Shown here: one piece after another, positions 52,819-63,386 of the stretch
How the letters are laid out: the number at the start of each line of letters is the position of its first letter
How positions within the stretch are numbered: the stretch's first letter is position 1
DNA from: an uncultured Alphaproteobacteria bacterium
Lineage (GTDB): Bacteria > Pseudomonadota > Alphaproteobacteria > Rhizobiales > Beijerinckiaceae
Reading direction: 5' to 3'
Length of the DNA stretch: 64,000 nucleotides
Assembly (NCBI GenBank): GCA_963784075.1
Contig: CAWAQW010000025.1
Coordinates: forward strand, 30,230 to 94,229
The notes under the pieces: generated by a model
What the model was told of the DNA's origin: nothing
The model's database searches: none
The model's input: only the letters and a program-made list of their open reading frames with translations
Made by a program: the position numbers and the translations under genes

Positions 52819-53379
52819 ATGATGCGTGGCATCTTAGGTGCTTGCGCTGTCTTTTGCGGGATTCTCACCGCGCCGGAAGCCGAGGCCTCGGTGCGGATCG
52901 ATATTGATCTGAGCTCACAGACCATGCATGTGCGCTCGCAGAGCGGCACCTATGATTGGCGGATATCCACGGCTCGCTCGGGCTACCGTACGCCGCACGG
53001 CACGTACCGGCCTTATCTGTTGCTGCGCACGCATTATTCGCACAAATATCATATGTCGCCGATGCCTTATTCCATCTTTTTCGCGGGCGGCTATGCGATT
53101 CACGGCACTTATTCGACGGCATCGCTCGGCCGTCCCGCCTCGCATGGATGCATTCGCCTCGCGCCGGGCAATGCCGCGCGCCTTTTCCACATGGTCCAAG
53201 CCGAGGGCGCCGAGATCACCATCTCGGGAACGCCGCCACGGACACGCTCTTACGTCATGCGGCGCCGGAAACATCGCCATACTTTCGCCTACGCACCGGC
53301 GAGGCATGTGCCAACCGTGCAAAACTTGCAGGTCAATCCCGTCGTCAAGTCGCTGCCGCAATGGCCCGACTGGCCGTGA
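52819..53379 (+). CDS. L,D-transpeptidase (YkuD family), secreted
   Basis: Signal peptide; IDLSSQTM, TP.G.Y, YAIHG...GRPASHGCIRL. Confidence 0.92.
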   Translation: MMRGILGACAVFCGILTAPEAEASVRIDIDLSSQTMHVRSQSGTYDWRISTARSGYRTPHGTYRPYLLLRTHYSHKYHMSPMPYSIFFAGGYAIHGTYSTASLGRPASHGCIRLAPGNAARLFHMVQAEGAEITISGTPPRTRSYVMRRRKHRHTFAYAPARHVPTVQNLQVNPVVKSLPQWPDWP

Positions 53380-53419
53380 GCTGTACAAAGCCGGCCCACG
53401 CCCGGCATATGTTCTCGAA

Positions 53420-54818
53420 CTATGACAGGGATGTCCCCGCATGCTCGCCGCGCGCAAAATGCGCCGTGAAATGGCGCAGAAACGGTGCTTGCTTCGTAAT
53501 GACAAAGGGTGGGATCGCGTGGCGCTGCCGCCAGACGACATCGAGCACCTCGACGATATAGTCGAAATGACTTTGCGTATAGACGCGGCGCGGGAACGCA
53601 AGCCGGACTAACTCATGCGGCGCCGCGATTTCAGGCTGCCTGCCGGGCAGGTGGCGGCCAAACATCACGCTGCCAAGTTCCACAGCGCGAATGCCGCCCT
53701 CAAGGTAAAGCGCATTGACGAGCCCGATGCCGGGATAATTGCATGGACTTCAGATGCGGGCAGAACGCCGCCGCATCGATGAACACGGCATGGCCGCCGG
53801 CCGGCCGCACGATTGGAATTCCGCGAGCGATAAGGCGGCTCGCCATATACTCCACCGTCGCGTGGCGGTAGCGCTGGTAATCATATTCCAATGCCTCCTT
53901 GAGCCCGACGGCGATCGCCTCGAGATCGCGCCCCGCGAGCCCGCCATAGGTCGGGAAGCCTTCCGTGAGGATCAGCATATTGCGGAAATCCTCGGCCCAT
54001 TCATCGTTGTGGCAGCCAAAGAAACCGCCAATATTCGCCAAACCGTCCTTTTTGGCGCTCATCGTCGCAGCATCGGCAAGCGCAAACATCTCTTGGGCGA
54101 TTTCGAGGAGACTGCGGCTGGAGAAGCCCGCCTCATATTCCTTGATGAAATAGGAATTTTCAGCAAACCGGCAGGCGTCGATGACAAGCGGAATGTGATG
54201 TTTCTTAAGTAATTCCTTGATTGCCGTAATGTTTTCCATGGCCACGGGCTGCCCGCCGCCGGCGTTGTTCGTCACCGTAATCATGCAGAACGGGATGGAC
54301 TGTGGCCCTTTCGTTTCGATGAGCTTCGCGAGCTTGCCGATATCCATATTTCCTTTGAACGGCTTGCTGGCATAAAGATCCTGACCCTCCGGTGTCAGCA
54401 GATCAACCGCCTGCGCCCCGGCAAATTCGATATTGGCGCGGGTGGTGTCGAAATGACAATTGTTGGGGACGACCGCGCCAGACTTCAGGCGCGTGACAGC
54501 GAGAATGCGTTCGGCCGCCCTGCCCTGATGGACCGGGAAAATATGTTTGAAGCCGGTGATCTCGCGCACCGTGTTTTCGAAATGATGCCAGGACGTGCTT
54601 CCCGCATAGCTTTCATCGCCCAGCATCATCGCGGCCCACTGACGGGCGGACATCGCACCGGTGCCGCTGTCGGTCAAGAGATCGATGGTGATATCTTCCG
54701 CATTGAGCAAAAAAACATTGTTGTGCGCGGCTGTCAGCCGGGCTTCGCGCTGGCCACGCGTGGTGATTGGCAATGCTTCGGTCATCTTGATGCGAAACGG
54801 CTCGATGATCGTATGCAT
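53420..54818 (-). CDS. tnaA: Tryptophanase (frameshift near 53735)
   Basis: EPFRIK, IDLLTDSGT, HQGRAAE, MSAKKDG (PLP Lys); VELG and LRHFTA favour tryptophanase over tyrosine phenol-lyase. Confidence 0.85.
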
Positions 54819-55139
54819 CAAACGGTTCCCTTCTTCTGCGGACCGGCCCCATGCGCTGGGCTCGCAATCTCATGGGAGCACAATGGACCATTGTCCACAA
54901 GATCGAGGCTCCCGGGAAAGGGTGACGCTGTTCACGGGTGCGTGCAAGGGCGGTCATCCCAAATGGCGATCGTCGAAGGATTGATGTCGATGTCGCGCCC
55001 GCAGTCTGCCGGACGCCCGCTCTACGCATCGGGGAGAACTTAATTTTTACGATGGCCCGGAACATCGAACATCGATTTGCCGCAGCAAATGGAGTAGAGG
55101 GAACAGTTGGGCGGAGCGGGCCGCCAACGGGGAAGCAGG

Positions 55140-58100
55140 ATGGCGCCTTCGAGCAAACGCAGTTGGACGACGCCGCGCGCGTGTGACCTCGGCCTCAAAC
55201 GGATCGAGAATGGCGCCGGCCTATCCATCAGCGCTCTCCCGAATGGCAGCATTTTCGCGATCGAACACCGCCGCCCGGACGGCGCGACCCTAATCAACCA
55301 GCTGCTCGGCTCGCCGCTCGATGGCGGCATTGCCCGGATGTACATGCGGCTCGATGGCGAAGCGCCGCTCTCCGTCCAAGCGCCCGGAGCAAGCGCCAAT
55401 CTCCGGTTCGGCGCGGCCGGCGGCCGCTTTGTGTGGGAAGGGGAAACGAGCGGGATCCGCCACCGCCTGACACTCTCGCTGCATCCACGCGAGGCCGCTT
55501 GGCTATGGCACCTCGAGGCGATGAATCGCGGCGCCGCCGCGCGCTCCCTCGACGCGATCCTCATCCAAGACATTGGCCTCGGCGAGCGCGGCTTTCTCAT
55601 GAACAACGAGGCCTATGCCTCGCAATATATCGACCATCATATCGCGCGGCACGCCGCTTACGGGCCGGTGGTCATGAGCCGGCAGAATCTCTCCCAAGGC
55701 GGCCAAAACCCTTTCGTTGCCCATGGTTGTCTCGATGGGGCGAGCGGCTTTGCGACGGATGGGTTGCAGCTCTTCGGCCCCGCCTTTCGCGACGGCGATA
55801 CATTTGGCTTTGCGTTTGGGGCAAACCTGCCGGGCGCGCGGCTGCAGCACGAGCTCGCCTGTGCCGCGATCCAAGCCACGCCAGCCGTGCTGCCGCCGGG
55901 GGGACGCGCGGCCTGGCGCTTCTTGGGGCTCTACGTGCCCGATCATCCCGCGGCATCGAGCGATGCCGATCTCGCCCGGCTCGATGGTCTGGTGTGGGAC
56001 AATCTTGCGCCCGCCGCCATCCCCCTCGCCCCCCTGATCCGGAGCGTGGCGCAGGAGGCGCCTTCCGCCATAGCCGAGACGCTCGAGGACGCTCACCTCG
56101 CGCGGCTTTACCCGGAGCGGTTCCACGAGGAGCGGGCGGACGGGCGGCTCCTCTCCTTCTTCACGCGCGATCCGCCTCACAATCGCCACGTCGTGCTCCG
56201 GGACAAGGAACGGCTTGTGACGCGCCGCCACGGCACGCTTTTGCGCTCTGGCCAGTCCATGCTGCCAGACGAGGCCACGCTTTGCGCCACATGTTGGATG
56301 CATGGCGTGTTCGCCGCGCAGCTGACCATCGGAAACACATCGTTTCACAAGCTGTTTTCCGTCTCGCGTGACCCTTACAACATCACACGCGCGAGTGGCC
56401 TGCGCATATTGATCGACATGGGCGGCGGCTGGCGGCAGCTGACCGTTCCCTCGGCGTTCGAGATGGGCCTCTCCGATTGCCGCTGGATCTATCGTTTCGG
56501 CGATCGCATGGTCAGTGTGCATGCGATCGCATCCGGCGAAGACCCCGCGATGCAATGGCGCCTCCGCGTCGACGGAGAGCCTTGCCGCTTTCTCGTTTTT
56601 GGCCATGTGGTGCTGGGCGAGCGCGAACTCGACAACGACAGCCTTATCGAAGTCGACACACAATCAAAGCGCTTTTCGTTGCGTCCGGACCCGAAGTCGA
56701 TTTGGGGGCAGCACTACCCCAACGCCATCTACCATCTGGTCATCAGCACGCCGGAAGTTCTCGATGCGCTTGGTGGCGACGATCTTCTCTACGCTGATGG
56801 GCAAACCCGGCATGGGGCCACGATCGCGCTTCGCACGCAGCCCGTGCGCGAATTCTGTTTCGCCGCCGCCGGTTCGATGAGCGATCCTGAATTTGCGGCC
56901 CAACTTGCCGCCAAATATCAGACGGGCGCCGATGACCGGAGCCTGCTCGCCGAAGCCCGCGGCTTTTGGAAAAGCGTCACCCGCAAGCGCCGCATCGGTG
57001 GCGGTGGCACCGAGGGTGCCGCTCTCGATACGCTGTTCCCGTGGCTCGCCCACAATGCCATGATCCATCTGACCGTGCCGCACGGGCTCGAACAATATAC
57101 GGGCGCCGCCTGGGGAACCCGTGACGTCTGCCAGGGGCCGGTCGAGTTCCTCCTCGCACTGGAACATGACGGAGTCGTAAAAGAGATCCTGCGGATCGTC
57201 TTCGCGCAGCAGTATGAGACGACAGGCGACTGGCCGCAATGGTTCATGCTCGAACCTTATTCGATCATCCAAGATCGAGTGAGCCACGGCGATGTCATCG
57301 TCTGGCCGCTCAAGGCGCTCAACGACTACATCGAGGCAACCGGAGACCTCGGCTTTCTCGATGAGAACGTCGCCTGGCGGCGCGAGGACACGCTCGAACG
57401 GACATCGCATAGCGATACCATTGCCGCGCATGTCGAAAAACTGCTTGCCACGGTGCGCGGCCGGTTCATCCCAGGCACGCATCTACTTCGCTACGGCGAG
57501 GGCGACTGGAACGATTCACTCCAGCCCGCCGATCCCAAGATGCGGGACTGGATGGTGAGCAGCTGGACGGTGGCGCTCCTGTTCGAGCAAATCAACCGAT
57601 ACGCCGAGGTGCTTCGGCGCGCGGGCCGTGGCGCGAGCGCCAAGGAGCTGAGCGATCTTGCGGCCGCGATACGCCTCGATTTCAACCGCCATCTCCTCTG
57701 TGACGGCACCGTCGCGGGCTATGCGCTTTTCGAGCCAAATGCTGCGCGGCCCGAGCTGCTGCTGCATCCAAGCGATACGCGGACAGGACTTCGCTACTCG
57801 CTCCTGCCCATGACGCAAGGCATCCTTGGCGGGCTCTTTACGCCGCAGCAGACGGAGCATCATCTCCGGCTCATCCGCGAGCATTTGCTGTTCCCCGATG
57901 GGGTCCGCCTGATCGATCGGCCAGTTGCCTATCAAGGCGGCCCGCAAACCGTGTTCCGGCGGGCAGAGTCATCCTCTTTCTTCGGCCGCGAAATCGGCCT
58001 CATGTATGTTCATGCACATCTGCGTTATGCGGAAGCCATGGCAATTCTGGGCGATGCCGACGCGCTTTGGGACGCACTGCAAATTGCAAGCCCCATCGCC

Positions 58101-58397
58101 GTGACGGAGCGCCTCGCGCAGGCACGCCCGCGCCAGCGCAACGCCTATTTCAGCAGCAGCGACGCCGCATTTCCAGACCGTTATGCGGCAAGCAAGGATT
58201 GGCCGCAGGTCAAAGCCGGCCAAATTGGCGTCGAAGGAGGCTGGAGGGTCTATTCCAGCGGTCCAGGGATTTTCACGAATCTTTTGGTCCGCCACGTCCT
58301 TGGACACCGCAGACTCTGGGGCGAACATACTGCCGCGCAGCCCTTGCTGCCGGCTGCTCTGCAAGGCATGGCGATGGAGTGGCATTCCGATGCGTGA
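55140..58397 (+). CDS. GH94 glycoside phosphorylase, 1,2-beta-oligoglucan phosphorylase-like
   Basis: PHGLEQYTGAAWGTRDVCQG, YGEGDWNDSLQP, GREIGLMYVHAHLRY, GGWRVYSSGPG. Confidence 0.8.
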   Translation: MAPSSKRSWTTPRACDLGLKRIENGAGLSISALPNGSIFAIEHRRPDGATLINQLLGSPLDGGIARMYMRLDGEAPLSVQAPGASANLRFGAAGGRFVWEGETSGIRHRLTLSLHPREAAWLWHLEAMNRGAAARSLDAILIQDIGLGERGFLMNNEAYASQYIDHHIARHAAYGPVVMSRQNLSQGGQNPFVAHGCLDGASGFATDGLQLFGPAFRDGDTFGFAFGANLPGARLQHELACAAIQATPAVLPPGGRAAWRFLGLYVPDHPAASSDADLARLDGLVWDNLAPAAIPLAPLIRSVAQEAPSAIAETLEDAHLARLYPERFHEERADGRLLSFFTRDPPHNRHVVLRDKERLVTRRHGTLLRSGQSMLPDEATLCATCWMHGVFAAQLTIGNTSFHKLFSVSRDPYNITRASGLRILIDMGGGWRQLTVPSAFEMGLSDCRWIYRFGDRMVSVHAIASGEDPAMQWRLRVDGEPCRFLVFGHVVLGERELDNDSLIEVDTQSKRFSLRPDPKSIWGQHYPNAIYHLVISTPEVLDALGGDDLLYADGQTRHGATIALRTQPVREFCFAAAGSMSDPEFAAQLAAKYQTGADDRSLLAEARGFWKSVTRKRRIGGGGTEGAALDTLFPWLAHNAMIHLTVPHGLEQYTGAAWGTRDVCQGPVEFLLALEHDGVVKEILRIVFAQQYETTGDWPQWFMLEPYSIIQDRVSHGDVIVWPLKALNDYIEATGDLGFLDENVAWRREDTLERTSHSDTIAAHVEKLLATVRGRFIPGTHLLRYGEGDWNDSLQPADPKMRDWMVSSWTVALLFEQINRYAEVLRRAGRGASAKELSDLAAAIRLDFNRHLLCDGTVAGYALFEPNAARPELLLHPSDTRTGLRYSLLPMTQGILGGLFTPQQTEHHLRLIREHLLFPDGVRLIDRPVAYQGGPQTVFRRAESSSFFGREIGLMYVHAHLRYAEAMAILGDADALWDALQIASPIAVTERLAQARPRQRNAYFSSSDAAFPDRYAASKDWPQVKAGQIGVEGGWRVYSSGPGIFTNLLVRHVLGHRRLWGEHTAAQPLLPAALQGMAMEWHSDA

Positions 58398-58442
58398 AGC
58401 GCCGCCTTCCTTGCCCGAAGGAAAGCGCTCGCATTGACTTGG

Positions 58443-58456
58443 TTGATTGAAATCAA
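58443..58456. promoter_or_regulatory. FNR/FixK box
   Basis: TTGAT-tgaa-ATCAA perfect consensus upstream of the hypothetical-USP-ADH genes. Confidence 0.8.
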
Positions 58457-58566
58457 TTTGGAAAAGGCCGTTCCGCGGTAAATTTCAAAAATTAGCTACA
58501 CTGCGGAAAATGCCGCGCTAGTTTGCTCCTTGTGGGACGTTCTTCTTCGGTCAAGCGGCCTACCGC

Positions 58567-58992
58567 ATGGAGGATCACGTGAAACATTTGGACCATCCGA
58601 CAAAGCTTGACTGGGCCAAGCTTCCGCCGGCCTTCCGGCGCATCCGTCTCGAACTCGCGCGTGAGAAAGGCCATCCCGAAGGAAGCTCTAAGATCGGCTA
58701 TACGTTTGTCGCGCCGCTTGACGCCGAAGGCCGGATCGATCCCCATTTATGGCACCAATATCATGACTTTTGCCGCGTTGTTCGATTTCGTCCGAATGAA
58801 ACAGACGATATCGGCCATCTCGTGCGTAAGCCCGGCGGAGCCTGGGCATTTCGCTATGATGTCGGCGGCGATCAAGCTGACGAGACGGGCTATCATTTCA
58901 GCTCGGACCGGTTCACTCTTGGAGATTATGTGTCGGTCCGCGAGGATGAGGACCTGCATACGTTTCAAGTCGCTTCCGTTGAGCCGGTTTGA
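58567..58992 (+). CDS. Conserved hypothetical protein (USP-cluster associated)
   Basis: RIRLELAREKGHPEGS..GY.FVAPLD.EGRID...GDYVSVRE. Confidence 0.75.
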   Translation: MEDHVKHLDHPTKLDWAKLPPAFRRIRLELAREKGHPEGSSKIGYTFVAPLDAEGRIDPHLWHQYHDFCRVVRFRPNETDDIGHLVRKPGGAWAFRYDVGGDQADETGYHFSSDRFTLGDYVSVREDEDLHTFQVASVEPV

Positions 58993-59136
58993 TCCCGCGA
59001 TGGCACGTCCATGCGGCGCCGGGGAAGGTAAGGAATGCTGAGGCGAGCAACGAGGCTTAAGAGAAATTATCGTCACGGGCTTTGAAACCGGGATGGTCAC
59101 ATTCATGCTGAATGCCAACGGCTGCGGGAGTTTTCC

Positions 59137-59952
59137 ATGTCCTACGCCACCTTGATGGTTTGCTGTGATTTAAGTCCGCAAAGTGATAACCGGCTCCAAA
59201 TCGCCGCCAGTCTGGCCGAGCGCTTCGAGGCGCGAGTCATCGGAATTGCGGCGCAGGCGGAAATGATCCCGATCACTCTCGAGGAAGGGAGTGCCTTTTC
59301 GGATGTCGACAGTTGGGAGCTAAATCAGGCCAAAATCGCACAACGCCTTCAATTGGTGGAAACACGCTTTCGCGATACGCTCAAGGGCCGGGCAAGAGAC
59401 ATCGATTGGAGGTCGGCGGTCGCGGAGCCTGCTTCATTTATTGCCAAGGAGTGCCGTGCGGCCGATCTCGTGATTGTCGGCAAGCACCCCGACGACACCA
59501 ATCTTGATCCCGCCGATCTCATTGTCCAAGCCGGACGCCCGCTGCTCATGATTCCCGACGAGATTGAGGTTGTGAAGACCGAGCGCGTCCTCATTGCCTG
59601 GAAAGATACGCGGGAAGCGCGCCGTGCAATTTGCGATGCTCTGCCTCTCTTGCGCCTCTGTCAAAAAGCCGTCGTCGCGGAGATCGACGAAGAACTTGAT
59701 CCGGCGGCGGCCCATCGCCGCGTCGAAGATGTCGTCGCGTGGCTTGCGTGCCACAATGTAAACGCCACGGCTTGGAGCGAGCCTTTGCGCAACGAACCGG
59801 CCGCCCAGCTCGATGCCCTCGCCCTCAAGGAAGGCTTGGACCTCATCGTCGCTGGTGCTTATGGCCGCGGAAAATTCCGCGAATGGGTTTTTGGAGGTGT
59901 GACGCGTGATCTCCTGCAGCAAACCGCCCGCCCTATTCTTGTCGCGCACTGA
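59137..59952 (+). CDS. Universal stress protein (tandem USP)
   Basis: ADLVIVG, AGRPLL, AWKDTREARRA, GAYGRGKFREWVFGGVTRDLL. Confidence 0.9.
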   Translation: MSYATLMVCCDLSPQSDNRLQIAASLAERFEARVIGIAAQAEMIPITLEEGSAFSDVDSWELNQAKIAQRLQLVETRFRDTLKGRARDIDWRSAVAEPASFIAKECRAADLVIVGKHPDDTNLDPADLIVQAGRPLLMIPDEIEVVKTERVLIAWKDTREARRAICDALPLLRLCQKAVVAEIDEELDPAAAHRRVEDVVAWLACHNVNATAWSEPLRNEPAAQLDALALKEGLDLIVAGAYGRGKFREWVFGGVTRDLLQQTARPILVAH

Positions 59953-59996
59953 GGCCTGAGGCCCGTTAACGGGCGGAAAGTATTGGGGAGCCAGCG

Positions 59997-60989
59997 ATGT
60001 TCGGCATGGTCCTGCACGAAACGGGCCGGCCTCTGGTCTTCGAGGAATTGCCCGATCCTGTCCCTGGCCCTGGCGAGCTTCGGGTCCGGGTCGAAGCTTG
60101 CGGCGTCTGCCGGACCGATCTTCATGTTGTCGATGGCGAACTGCCGGATCCGAAGCTCCCCATCATTCCAGGCCATGAAATCGTCGGGCGGATCGATGCG
60201 CTCGGGCCCGATGTTGAGGGGCTTGAACTTGGCGCGAGGGTCGGCATTCCCTGGCTTGGGTCGACCTGCGGCGTCTGCCCCTATTGCATGAGCCAAAGGG
60301 AGAATCTTTGCGACCGCCCGGTTTTCACAGGCTATACGCGAAACGGCGGCTACGCGACCCAGGCGATCGCCGACGCGCGCTACGCTTTTCGTTTGAGCGA
60401 AGAAGGCAGCGCCATCCCGCTTGCCCCTTTGCTCTGCGCCGGGCTGATCGGCTGGCGCTCGCTCCGTTTTGCGGGCGACGCAAAAGCACTCGGTCTTTAT
60501 GGCTTTGGCGCGGCAGCCCATATTATCGCGCAAGTCGCGCGTAAACAGGGGCGCCAGGTTTTTGCTTTCACGCGCCCGGACGATGCGGCTGCGCAAGCTT
60601 TTGCGTTGCAACTTGGCGCCGTGTGGGCCGGCGGCTCCAACGAAAATGCGCCCGAACCTCTCGACGCGGCGATTATCTATGCGCCGGTTGGTGAGTTGGT
60701 GCCGACCGCACTCGCCTCCGTGCGCAAGGGAGGCACGGTCGTTTGCGCCGGGATTCACATGAGCGATATCCCTTCCTTTCCTTACCGTTTGCTTTGGCAG
60801 GAACGCCAGATCGTTTCGGTCGCCAATCTCACACGCCAGGACGGCTCCGCATTTTTCGCCTTTGCCGCGAAAGCCAGGATCGAGACGCGGACGAAGACAT
60901 ATCCGCTCGATCAAGCAAACAACGCCTTGGCTGATTTGCGGGCGGGCAGGCTCGAAGGCGTGGCGGTGCTGCTTCCCCCTGCTTGCTGA
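59997..60989 (+). CDS. Zinc-dependent alcohol dehydrogenase (AdhP-like)
   Basis: CGVCRTDLH, GHEIVG, CGVCPYC..ENLC, GLYGFGAAAH. Confidence 0.93.
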   Translation: MFGMVLHETGRPLVFEELPDPVPGPGELRVRVEACGVCRTDLHVVDGELPDPKLPIIPGHEIVGRIDALGPDVEGLELGARVGIPWLGSTCGVCPYCMSQRENLCDRPVFTGYTRNGGYATQAIADARYAFRLSEEGSAIPLAPLLCAGLIGWRSLRFAGDAKALGLYGFGAAAHIIAQVARKQGRQVFAFTRPDDAAAQAFALQLGAVWAGGSNENAPEPLDAAIIYAPVGELVPTALASVRKGGTVVCAGIHMSDIPSFPYRLLWQERQIVSVANLTRQDGSAFFAFAAKARIETRTKTYPLDQANNALADLRAGRLEGVAVLLPPAC

Positions 60990-61002
60990 CGTGACCCGGC
61001 AC

Positions 61003-62535
61003 TCAACGCAAGATCGCCGCGAGAGTCTCGCTGGCGATTGTTTCCACCGGCGCTAAGGCGTCCACCCGCCGCCAATCCACCGCTCCCGTTGGCTGATTGG
61101 CCTGTAGCGACACGATGCCGGCGGTCGCGTCCGACGCATCCATCTGGCGTTTGGCCACCCGCTCCCGAAGGCGATCGACGGGCGCCTCAAGCCACAGGCC
61201 GGTGAAATGAGCTTGGCTCCGGCGCGCGACCTGCGCCACCGCACCGCGCTCTTCCTCTTGCAAATGCACGGCGTCGATGACGGCACTCTGACCCGCATCG
61301 AGAGCGGTTGCCGCCAAATCGCGCAGCCGTTGATAGGTGCGCGCCGTGACGTCCGGCCGGTAGGCCTCGGCCGGCAGGCGGTCGAACTCGTCGACATGAA
61401 AGAGCCGCTTGCGTTCAATATCGCTGCGCAAATGCACGGCGCCCGGCGCGCGCCCGATCGAACCCGCGAGCGCGGCGGCGAGCGAGCTTTTGCCCGTCCC
61501 GGAGAGACCGCCGATGGCAATCAAATCGAGCCGTTGCGGCGCCAGAAGCTGACAAGCCGCGGCGAGATAATGGCGCGCTTCCGTTGCATGAACATCGGCT
61601 CCGCCGGGCTGGAGACCAGCGACCATGGCGCGAATCGCGGCGCGCAAGGAAAGGAAGAGCGGAAGCAGGGAAAGACCTTTGAGCTGTGCGTCAACGTCGT
61701 CGCAAATCCAAAGATAGCGGTTGAACAGGAGATTTGCATGGCGGTGCAGTCCGCGTGTCCACAAATCCATCAAAAGGAACGCGAGGTCGTAAAGCACGTC
61801 GCATGTTGCGATCGCATCGTCGAATTCAATCGCGTCGAACAAGACCGGCTCATCCGCGATCAAGACGATATTGCGCAAGTGAAGATCGCCATGACAGCGG
61901 CGGACTTGACCTTGCTTCTCGCGCGCCGAGAGAAGCGCTTGCTGGCGGGCAAACGCGGATTCCATGGCCTGGCGAAGACCCGCGACAACCGGAGCCGCGA
62001 AGATTTCGGGGGATGATTCGAGGGCGACGAGAGTCCCCTCGATCTGGCGCTGCAGGGCGTTGCCCGCATTCATTCCGGAGGCAACGGCCGCGCGCTGGTG
62101 CGAGGCGGCGACGACCTTCGCAAGTTTCGCCATGAGTGTGAAATCAAGCTCGTTTCGCAAGGCGAGACGGTCAAGCGTGCGGCTTTCATCGAAGCGCCGC
62201 ATATGGACCGCCCATTCGACGATCGTGCCCCCCTCCCCTAACTTCAAATTTGAACCGTCGCGCGAAATCGGGATGAGGCCAAGGTAAAGATTCGGCGCAT
62301 TGGCTTTATTGACGGCGAGCTCACGCTCGCAGGCCCACCGCCGCTTGTCGAGGGTCGAGAAATCCATGAAGGAAAAGCGGACCGCCCTTTTGATTTTGTA
62401 GACATCCTCGCCGGCGAGGAAGACCGCGGCACCATGCGTATCGATGCGAATGACAGGCTCGCTCAGCCCATGCGTCGCGGGATTGGCCAAGAATGCGAAG
62501 ACATGGCTTTGGTCAAAGGCCGCATGCTGTTCCAT
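61003..62535 (-). CDS. Aminoglycoside-phosphotransferase-like + AAA kinase fusion
   Basis: VRRCHGDLHLRNI..FDAIEF, YDLAFLLMDL; GGLSGTGKS, RSDIERK. Confidence 0.88.
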   Translation of the reverse strand: MEQHAAFDQSHVFAFLANPATHGLSEPVIRIDTHGAAVFLAGEDVYKIKRAVRFSFMDFSTLDKRRWACERELAVNKANAPNLYLGLIPISRDGSNLKLGEGGTIVEWAVHMRRFDESRTLDRLALRNELDFTLMAKLAKVVAASHQRAAVASGMNAGNALQRQIEGTLVALESSPEIFAAPVVAGLRQAMESAFARQQALLSAREKQGQVRRCHGDLHLRNIVLIADEPVLFDAIEFDDAIATCDVLYDLAFLLMDLWTRGLHRHANLLFNRYLWICDDVDAQLKGLSLLPLFLSLRAAIRAMVAGLQPGGADVHATEARHYLAAACQLLAPQRLDLIAIGGLSGTGKSSLAAALAGSIGRAPGAVHLRSDIERKRLFHVDEFDRLPAEAYRPDVTARTYQRLRDLAATALDAGQSAVIDAVHLQEEERGAVAQVARRSQAHFTGLWLEAPVDRLRERVAKRQMDASDATAGIVSLQANQPTGAVDWRRVDALAPVETIASETLAAILR

Positions 62536-62715
62536 GGTGGATTACTTCATAGTGAGCTTCGAGACCCCATAAAATTACGTGGTCGAAAGGAACAACGCTC
62601 ACCTGCAAAGAGTTGAAGCCAAGCGGAGACGTGGTATTATAGATCGTTAAATTTAACAAAGGTATTTAAAGCCCGCGAAACTCCGGTCTCGTGTCTTTGT
62701 AAATGGAGGAACGCA

Positions 62716-62925
62716 ATGAAAATTTCCGCGCGCAATTTTCTCGAAGGAACGATCAAGGAAATTCACAAGGGCGCGATCACGGCGCATGTCGAGCTCCAAC
62801 TGAAAGGCGGCGAGGTCGTAACCGCTTCGATCACCAACGAATCGGTCGATGACCTCGGCCTCAAAAAGGGCGGGCAAGCCTTTGCGGTTATCAAGTCCTC
62901 CGAAGTGATGATCGCCATCAAATAG
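62716..62925 (+). CDS. Molybdate-binding Mop/TOBE protein
   Basis: MKISARNFLEG.I...ASITNESVDDLGL..G...AVIKSSEV. Confidence 0.92.
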   Translation: MKISARNFLEGTIKEIHKGAITAHVELQLKGGEVVTASITNESVDDLGLKKGGQAFAVIKSSEVMIAIK

Positions 62926-62969
62926 GGGCGCAATAATTCACGCGGACCCTTTTGCCTTGGTGCGCCTGT

Positions 62970-63299
62970 TCAGGCCTTTGGCGGGGTGTGACCGATCCGC
63001 AGCGATTCCTCAGCGTTGCTCTTAAGAACGCCTTGGATCTTGCCGGTAAGAGCGGCAAGGATCCAGGGAAGCTGCACTTCGATGCGCAGGGAATCGTTGA
63101 GGACACCGATTTTTCCCGTCACGGTCTGGCCGAAGGCCACAACCCGCAGATCCGCCGTGTCGCCACTCCAATTCACTTCGCTATACGCCACTTTGTCGAG
63201 GTAATCGCGGCGCAAGACGTCAATTCGTTCGGTGATCCGTCGTTTGGCCTCGGTGGCACCGAGATTATGCGGCACTGTGATGACGATCGAATTCGACAT
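62970..63299 (-). CDS. Polyhydroxyalkanoic acid system protein family
   Basis: [16 protein letters not shown]...W.GD...EVQLPWILA. Confidence 0.75.
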   Translation of the reverse strand: MSNSIVITVPHNLGATEAKRRITERIDVLRRDYLDKVAYSEVNWSGDTADLRVVAFGQTVTGKIGVLNDSLRIEVQLPWILAALTGKIQGVLKSNAEESLRIGHTPPKA

Positions 63300-63386
63300 G
63301 AGGGTTCCTCCGCCGCTTATCATGTAAGCAATTTCGGTCCATGCCGCCAGCGCTCACCCATGCTTCCCGCGCGCGCGCCCGCCAGC

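Noticed and set aside
62630-62660. ModE box upstream of mop
   Set aside because: The GTTAAATTTAAC palindrome only loosely fits the ModE consensus
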